From the human T2T-CHM13v2.0 reference genome, Homo sapiens, in the NCBI RefSeq assembly GCF_009914755.1, contig NC_060929.1: a stretch of 64,000 nucleotides of DNA. One strand, written 5' to 3'. Position numbers and translations under genes: made by a program. Positions 52,781 to 64,000 of the stretch are shown piece by piece. The notes under the pieces were generated by a model, which was not told the origin of the DNA, searched no databases, and saw only the letters and a list, made by a program, of their open reading frames with translations. The stretch's first letter is position 1. Each line of letters starts with the position of its first letter.

Positions 52781-54289
52781 ATGCACAACCCTGCATCAGC
52801 ATTTTGAAGACAAGATTTCACATCTGTCGTCTTAATTTTGATTAATTCAAATTCAATTTTTTCTCTCCATTTCTTTAAAATTACTTCAGATGAAAAGTCA
52901 CAGAGCTCCTTAGATGGAAATGTCTCCTTCTGTTGCTAACATTCTTCTTTTTAATCACAGTTACTGCTTCATAGTAAGAACATTTTTTGAAAAGAATGAG
53001 CTTGTATAATAGTATAACTTTGAGGAAAAGGTGATTATTTTTCCCATTGCTTGTCACTTAACAATTCAAAGGGCCTCTTTTGCCATTGTTAGTCTTGTTG
53101 AAGGTGGCTCTAATAAGTGAGCAAAGAACAATCTGCTTTAGTAAACGAGGCATATCAATTCATGAGATGGTAGTGAGTTTCTTTGTTTTCTAATGTTAGA
53201 AAAAGTATTAACCAACTGGGCGAATGAGGGAAATGTAGTGATAATATCCAATAGTCATTTGGGCACTATCTTTTTTTTAGTTTCCTAAATCGAATAACTG
53301 TCACTACTCATATGAACCAAATGCTTCCCTCATGTTTACCTTAAAATATAACAAAAAAGAATTCAGGCTAAATTTTTTTTAATCACAAAATTCTTATCAC
53401 TTTCATAATACACCACAATATTTATTGCTTGTTCACTTTACTAAGGCAATCTCTGAATTAAATTTTTGTTTGTAATATTTCCTGATAGCATCTGAAAGTC
53501 CAAAATAAAACCTCTGTATACAGAGGCAATTAGAAACTTATCTTTCACTGGGGAAAATGTATCACTGAGGAGAAAGACTTTAATAATATTCTTCTTTTAG
53601 AGGACAAGATAGCCAACAACTATTAAAACTCTGAAATAGCATTGTAAATTTTAATTATATATTGTTTCACTATGGCCAAACTATGATTAAAAGAATATTT
53701 ATATTCTTGTTACCAAAAAGGTACAGCACATTTTTTTTTTTTTACTTTGCCTCCTATTAATTGAAGCTATATAATCTCTAAACGCGAGAATAGAGCCATC
53801 TGCTCTTTCTTCTTCCTTTAATTAGTTTGTGTTGGCTTTGACAAGGTGTTACTGGAGATTTATTGCAAACAATTTCACTGCACTGGAGCCTAGGTCCTGT
53901 TATTTAAACATGGCAAAATCTGAGTGCCCTGTGGCTTGTGTACATGGTTTTTCAATGGGCTAATTTCCAAAAGAAAGCTCAGAATCTGTAAAAGCGGCAT
54001 GATACAACTGATGTCCTACTCGATGGACTCTTGCTGAAAGCAAGATTTTGTTACCAAAACTCTTATTTTGTTAACTTTTTATTGTTATCTTGTCTGAACA
54101 ATCAATATGTCTTTCTAAATTTTCGTTCCACAGATGTTCAGTCCTCTTTCTCTAGGACTTTCTTTGTAAGCTCCATTAGGGAAAGTTGTTTAAATAATAA
54201 ATGTTTCCTGTTTTTCTCACTTGCTGTCTCTTTGAAATGTTGTTGAATAGTGATGCTTTTCCTCCTGAGAATGTTCTAATAATTAAGTT

Positions 54290-55580
54290 TTCCTGGAAAC
54301 CTACAACCTATCAAGATTGCATCAGCAAGAAATAGAAAACCTGAGCAGACCAATAACAAGTATCAAGAAGCAGTAATAAGGTCTGCCAACAAAGAAAAAC
54401 TCAGGACCAGATGAATTCACTGCTGAATTCTCCTAAAGATGTAAAAAAGAACCAACATCGAACTTCCTCAAACTATTCCAAAAAACGGAAGTGGAGGGAA
54501 TTCTCTGTAACTCATTCTTTGAGGCTAGCATGACTCTAATACCAAGATGAGAGAAGGACACAACAAAAAGAAAACTACAGGCTGATATCCCTGATGAACA
54601 CAGAAGTGAAAATCCTCAACAAATACTAGCAGACCGAATCCAACAACAGGTTAAGAAAAAATAACACACCATGATAAAGTGAGATTTATCTTAGGGTTGC
54701 AAGGATGGCTCTATATTTGCAAATCAATAAACTTGATGCATCACATTAACAGAATAAAGGAAAAAACATATGACCATCAATAGATGCAAAAAAAGCATTT
54801 GACAAAAATAAAAATCCCTTTATGACAAAAACTCTCAAGAAACTCAGCATAGAAGAATCACACCTCAAAATAATAAAGGCCATATATGACGAACACCATA
54901 CTGAATAGGGAAAGGTTGAAAACCTTTCATCTAAAAACTGGAACAACAAGGGATGCCCACTGTCACCACTCCTATTCAACAAGTACAGGGAGTCTAGTAA
55001 GAACAATTAGGCAATAAAAAGAAATAAAACACAGTCAAATTGGAAAAGCAGAAGTCAAATTGTTCATCTTCTCAGATGGCATAATTTTATATTAAGTTGG
55101 TGCAAACGTAACTGCGGTTTTATTCTAATGTCTAGGAAAAAACAAATGACATCACAAAAAAACTTTTAGGACTGATGAACAAATTCAGTAACGTTGCAGA
55201 ACATAAAATCAACACACAAACATCAGCTGCATTTCATACATCAATAATGAAATAGCTGAAAAGAAACAAAGAAGACAAACCTATTTACAATAGTTATAAA
55301 AAAATACCTAGGAATAAATTTAACCAAGGAGATAAAAGATCTCTACAAGGAAAACTACAAAACACTGTTATAAGAAATTGAAGAGGATGTAAATAAATGA
55401 AAAGACATTCCATGTTCGTGAATTGGAAGAATTAATATTGTTAAAATGAACATACTGTCCAAGTTAATCTATAGATTCAATGCAATCTCTATCAAAATTC
55501 CAATGTCATTTTCACAGAATTAGAAAAAAAAAACCTAAAATATTTATGGAACCAAAAAAGCAAAAGCAATCCTAACCAAA
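54290..55580 (+). mobile_element. L1 (L1PB/L1MA-age) internal ORF2 fragment
   Basis: 'caggaccagatgaattcactgctgaattct', 'gatatccctgatgaacacaga', 'ggaacaacaagggatgcccactgtcaccactcctattcaac'. Confidence 0.9.
55092..55121 (+). mobile_element. Half MADE1 (Hsmar1 mariner MITE), single TIR
   Basis: 'TA|ttaagttggtgcaaacgtaactgcggtttt' matches the MADE1 TIR ttaggttggtgcaaaagtaattgcggtttt; second TIR absent. Confidence 0.8.
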
Positions 55581-55596
55581 GTAAGGAAAGAAAAAT

Positions 55597-55641
55597 GGGA
55601 GGAAGGGAGGAAGGAAGGAAAGAAAGGAGGGAGGGAGGGAG
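55597..55641. repeat. (GGAA)/(GGGA) purine-rich repeat
   Basis: Read directly from the sequence. Confidence 0.85.
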
Positions 55642-56169
55642 ACACTTAACATGCAATAATTCACAAGGTATACAAGCTACAGTTGAATCATGAATTCATT
55701 TAAAAACATATCTTTGGTTAAAACTTGATAAGTATTTTCTCTTTAATTATGATTTTCAATATATTTGAATGCAGAGATTTTAACAGCAAATAGAAAGAAA
55801 TATTCATGGATTGTGATTTTTCTGTGTGAACTATACATAGTGGTTGACCTTGCATTTTTATTCATCATTTTGCATCTTTTGATTGTCAAGTAATATTTAG
55901 TGATTGATAACTGAATGGCTATCAATTATATGTGATAAATGCATTGATTAATTTAACAAAGGTTATACCTATATTATAGGAAACTAGCTCCCTTGCACTC
56001 ACAACTATTTATGTTTGAATCATTTGTGAGGAATGTAAATGGACAAATGTAAATATTTTCTAAATGATGGTAGATAGGATTATGTACTTAATCATAAATC
56101 AGAAATTATAAATATTATGTACTTAAATAATTATTTGAGACACTAATGAGGTAATCTTACTATGTCTTT

Positions 56170-56376
56170 TAAAAATTCCTAAGTAGGTAATATCAAATGT
56201 CAGGAATGGTGTGGAGTTACTGAAATATATTTCTGGTTGAAAGAGTACATTGGTAAAATGACTTCAAAAAATAATTTAGTATGACCTGATAGTGTTGAAT
56301 TTGCACACAGCTTATGGCCCAGCAATTTCATTCCTAAGCATATGAATATATATCCTCAAACCTTCTAGAAGAGATA
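56170..56376 (+). mobile_element. Old L1ME/MC ORF2 end; host element continuing at ~57690-57762 and 63808-64000
   Basis: 'aatatcaaatgtcaggaatggtgtggag...cttatggcccagcaatttcattcctaag'; downstream 'gactattctacagcagagaaaa...gacatggatga'. Confidence 0.7.
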
Positions 56377-57222
56377 TGTTCCCATAACATTACGTGCTGA
56401 TGGCCTAGAGGTCTTAGCTTCAGAGGGAGGAACGCTGCCACCAGGAGACACAACAATGATCCCATTAAACAGGAAGTTAAGATTGCCACCTGGACACTTT
56501 GGGCTCCTCCTACCTTTCAGTCAACAGGCTAAGAGGAAGTTACAGTGTTGGCTGGAGTGATTGACCTTGACTATTAAGATGAAATCAGTCTACTAGTACA
56601 CAACAGAGGTAAGGAAGAGTATACATGGAATATAGGAGATCCATTAGGTTGTCTCTTATTATTACCGTGCCCTGAGATTAAGGTCAATGGGAAACTACAA
56701 CAGCTCAATCCAGGCAGGACGACAAATGGTCATGACCCTTCAGGAATGAAGGCTTGGGTCACTCCACCAGGAAAAAAACAAAACAAAACAAAAAAACCAC
56801 GATCTGATGAGTGGCTTGCTGAAGGCAATGGGAATACAGAATGGGTAGTAGAAGGTAGTCATCAATACAAGCTATGACCACGTGACAAGCTGCAGAAATG
56901 AGGACTGTAAATGTGATGAGTATTTCCTCATTGTTTTGTTAAATACATGTTTGTGCATGTATACACTTGTACTAAGAAAATATCTTTATTTTATTTCCTT
57001 TCTCCTTTATCATGTGACATAAGATTTATTGACTTCATATCAGCATTTAAGTATTGTTATCTTTATGTAATAATATTTGGGTTGGGGATTGGTTCATTTC
57101 CGGTTGTACAAAGGATAGTTGTATGACGTTAGGCATAATTATGACCTTACTGTTGTCTTTATTTGAAGATTATGTATGATCTCAGGAGATGTGTATGGGT
57201 TTAAGTTCACAAGGGGTGGACT
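56377..57222 (+). mobile_element. HERV-L internal 3' region (decayed dUTPase / integrase C-terminus, 3'UTR, PPT)
   Basis: Translates to GLEVLASEGGTLPPGDTTMIPLNRKLRLPPGHFGLL...GVIDLDY...GDPLGCLL...WVTPPGK; PPT aaggggtggact at 57211-57222. Confidence 0.93.
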
Positions 57223-57680
57223 TGTGATGGTTAATACTGAGTGTCAACTTGATTTGATTGAAGGATGCAAAGTATTGATCCTAGGTGTGCCTGTGAGGGT
57301 CTTGCTAAAAGAGATTAACATTCGAGTCAGTGGTCTGGGAAAGGCAGATCCGCCCTTAATCTGGGGGGACACCATCTAATCAGATGCCAGCATGGCTAGA
57401 ATATAAAGCAGGCAGAAAAACATGAAAAGACTAGACTGTCCTAGCCTGCATCTTTCTCCCAAGCTAAATGCTTCCTGCCCTCAAACATCAGACTCTACAT
57501 TCTTCAGCTTTGAAACTTGAACTGGCTTTCCTTGCTCCTCATCTTGCAGACAGCCTACTGTAGGACATTGTGATAGTGTGAGTTAATACTAAATAAACTC
57601 CCCTTTATATATAAATATATTTATATATAAATAAATATATATATTCTATTTGTTCTGTCCCTCCAGGGAACTCTAAGATA
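57223..57680 (+). mobile_element. MLT2A LTR (HERV-L 3' LTR)
   Basis: tgtgatggttaatactgagtgtcaacttgatt...tataaagcaggcag...aataaactcccctttatatat...tgttctgtccctc. Confidence 0.95.
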
Positions 57681-57997
57681 TTTAAAATTATATATAAAAT
57701 AACAGCTTGTAATTAAATAAATAGTGCATGACCACCAACATTAGAAGAGGTAAGTAATGTTTTTTTTTTAATTTATTTATTTATTTTTTATTATTATACT
57801 TTAAGTTTTAGGGTACATGTGCACATTGCGCAGGTTAGTTACATACATATACATGTGCCATGCTGGTGTGCTGCACCCACTAACTCGTCATCTAGCATTA
57901 GGTATATCTCTCAATGCTATCCCTCCCCCCTCCCCCCACCCCACAACAGTCCCCAGAGTGTGATGTTCCCCTTCCTGTGTCCATGTGATCTCATTGT

Positions 57998-61822
<3,825 letters not shown>

Positions 61823-61885
61823 TATGATGTTAGCTGGTTATTTTGCTCGTTAGTTGATGCAGTTTCTTCCTAGTCTCGATGGTTG

Positions 61886-62900
61886 TTACATTTTGGCATG
61901 ATTTTGCAGTGGCTGGTACCAGTTGTTCCTTTCCATGTTTAGCACTTCCTTCAGGAGCTCTTTTAGGGCAGGCCTGGTGGTGACAAAATCTCTCAGCATT
62001 TGCTTCTCTGTAAAGAATTTTATTTCTCCTTCACTTATGAAGCTTAGTTTGGCTGGATATGAAATTTTGGGTTGAAAATTCTTTTCTTTAAGAATGTTGA
62101 ATATTGGCCCCCACTCTCTTCTGGCTTGTAGGGTTTCTGCCAAGAGATCCGCTGTTAGTCTGATGGGCTTCCCTTTGAGGGTAACCCGACCTTTCTCTCT
62201 GGCTGCCCTTAACATTTTTTCCTTCATTTCAACTTTGGTGAATCTGACAATTATGTGTCTTGGAGTTGCTCTTCTCGAGGAGTATCTTTGTGGCGTTCTC
62301 TGTATTTCCTGAACCTGAACGTTGGCCTGCCTTGCTTGATTGGGGAAATTCTCCTGGATAATATCCTGCAGAGTGTTTTCCAACTTGGTTCCATTCTCCC
62401 CATCACTTTCAGGTGCACCAATCAGACGTAGATTTGGTGTTTTCACACAGTCCCATATTTCTTGGAGGCTTTGCTCGTTTCTTTTTATTCTTTTTTCTCT
62501 AAACTTTCCTTCTCACTTCATTTCATTCATTTCATCTTCCTTTCCTGATACACTTTCTTCCAGTTGATCGCATCGGCTCCTGAGGCTTCTGCATTCTTCA
62601 CGTAGTTCTCGAGCCTTGGTTTTCAGCTCCATCAGCTCCTTTAAGCACTTTTCTGTATTGGTTATTCTAGTTATACATTCTTCTAAATTTTTTTCAAAGT
62701 TTTCAACTTCTTTGCCTTTGGTTTGAATGTCCTCCCGTAGCTCAGAGTAATTTGATCGTCTGAAGCCTTCTTCTCTCAGCTCGTCAGAGTCATTCTCCAT
62801 CCAGCTTTGTTCCGTTGCTGGTGAGGAGCTGCGTTCCTTTGGAGGAGGAGAGGTGCTCTGATTTTTAGAGTTTCCAGTTTTTCTGTTGTTTTTTCCCCAT
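61886..62900 (-). pseudogene. L1 ORF1 (p40), disrupted
   Basis: ATG at 62900; 2-nt deletion at codon 5 (span 1015 vs 1017 nt); nonsense codon at 62513-62515; ORF-track pieces of 95 aa and 186 aa match ORF1p (ARREWG, YPAKLS). Confidence 0.95.
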
Positions 62901-63807
62901 CTTTGTGGTTTTATCTACTTTTGGTCTTTGATGATGGTGATGTACAGACGGGTTTTTGGTGTGGATGTCCTTTCTGTTTGTTAGTTTTCCTTCTAACAGA
63001 CAGGACCCTCAGCTGCAGGTCTGCTGGAGTACCCTGCAGTGTGAGGTGTCAGTGTGCCCCTGCTGGAGGGTGCCTCCCAGTTAGGCTGATCGGGGGTCAG
63101 GGGTCAGGGACCCACTTGAGGAGGCAGTCTACCCATTCTCAGATCTCCAGCTGCATACTGGGAGAACAACTGCTCTCTTCAAAGCTGTCAGACAGGGACA
63201 TTTAAGTCTGCAGAGGTTACTGCTGTCTTTTTGTTTGTCTGTGCCCTGCCCCCAGAGGTGGAGCCTACAGAGGCAGGCAGGCCTCCTTGAGCTGTGGTGG
63301 GCTCCACCCAGTTCCCGCTTCCTGGCTGCTTTGTTTACCTAATCAAGCCTGGGCAATGGCGGGCGCCCCTCCCCCAGCCTGGCTGCCGCCTTGCAGTTTG
63401 ATCTCAGACTGCTGTGCTAGCAATCAGCGAGACTCCGTGGGTGTAGGACCCTCCGAGCCAGGTGCGGATATAATCTCGTGGCGCGCCGTTTTTTAAGCCC
63501 ATCGGAAAAGCGCAATATTCGGGTGGGAGTGACCCGATTCTCCAAGTGCCGTCCGTCACCCCTTTCTTTGATTAGGAAAGGGAACTCCCTGACCCCTTGA
63601 GCTTCCCGAGTGAGGCAATGCCTCACCCTGCTTCGGCTCGCGCATGGTGCGCGCACCCACTGACCTGCGCCCACTGTCTGGCACTCCCTAGTGAGATGAA
63701 CCCGGTACCTCAGATGGAAATGCAGAAATCACCCGTCTTCTGCGTCGCTCAGGCTGGGAGCTGTAGACCGGAGCTGTTCATATTCCGCCATCTTGGCTCC
63801 TCCACCC
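62901..63807. promoter_or_regulatory. L1 5'UTR: CpG-rich internal sense promoter (minus strand) and antisense promoter (plus strand); YY1 site at 63785-63795
   Basis: Complete ~0.9-kb 5'UTR, the most CpG-dense long stretch in the window; caagatggcgg on the minus strand. Promoter roles come from established L1 biology. Confidence 0.85.
63356..63496 (+). pseudogene. L1 ORF0, frameshifted to 46 aa
   Basis: MAGAPPPAWLPPCSLISDCCASNQRDSVGVGPSEPGA matches the ORF0 N-terminus; a 1-bp deletion just after the cag|gtgcgg donor (63461/63462) shifts the frame. Confidence 0.85.
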
Positions 63808-64000
63808 GGTAAGTAATGTTTGATATATTAATTCCACAGACTATTCTACAGCAGAGAAAACAACTGAATAATAGCTATATGAAATGACATGGATGAGCTG
63901 CAAGATGTAAATCAAGCGAAAAGAAAAACTGAAGAAGAATATACAACTTAATTCTATTGATGCATATTTCAAATAAAACAGGAAACTTTTAGAGATAAAA

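Overview
This is AT-rich primate (human-like) intergenic or deep-intronic DNA made mostly of transposable elements. I found no credible host protein-coding exon, RNA gene or CRISPR array; nearly all long ORFs in the track come from L1, Alu or THE1. The main elements are a full-length young L1 (L1PA2/3-like, minus strand, 57763-63807, perfect 14-bp TSD, ORF1/ORF2 disrupted), a complete THE1B LTR-int-LTR element (15471-17755), several solo MaLR LTRs, a 3' HERV-L/MLT2A remnant, about 13 Alu/FLAM copies, many old L1M, L2 and MIR fragments, and the DNA transposons MER20, MER102-like and half a MADE1. I see no new multi-gene system. The most notable items are: (1) a decayed APOA4-like coding fragment inside an ancient LTR (33230-33409); (2) a twin-primed L1 with an unusually long (~385 bp) duplicated overlap; (3) several locally templated direct or inverted insertions and repair scars; (4) an L1 TSD that duplicates a consensus 5' splice site next to the L1 antisense promoter. 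Subfamily names and the APOA4 match come from recalled sequences compared by eye, not from a database search. Boundaries of old elements are approximate.
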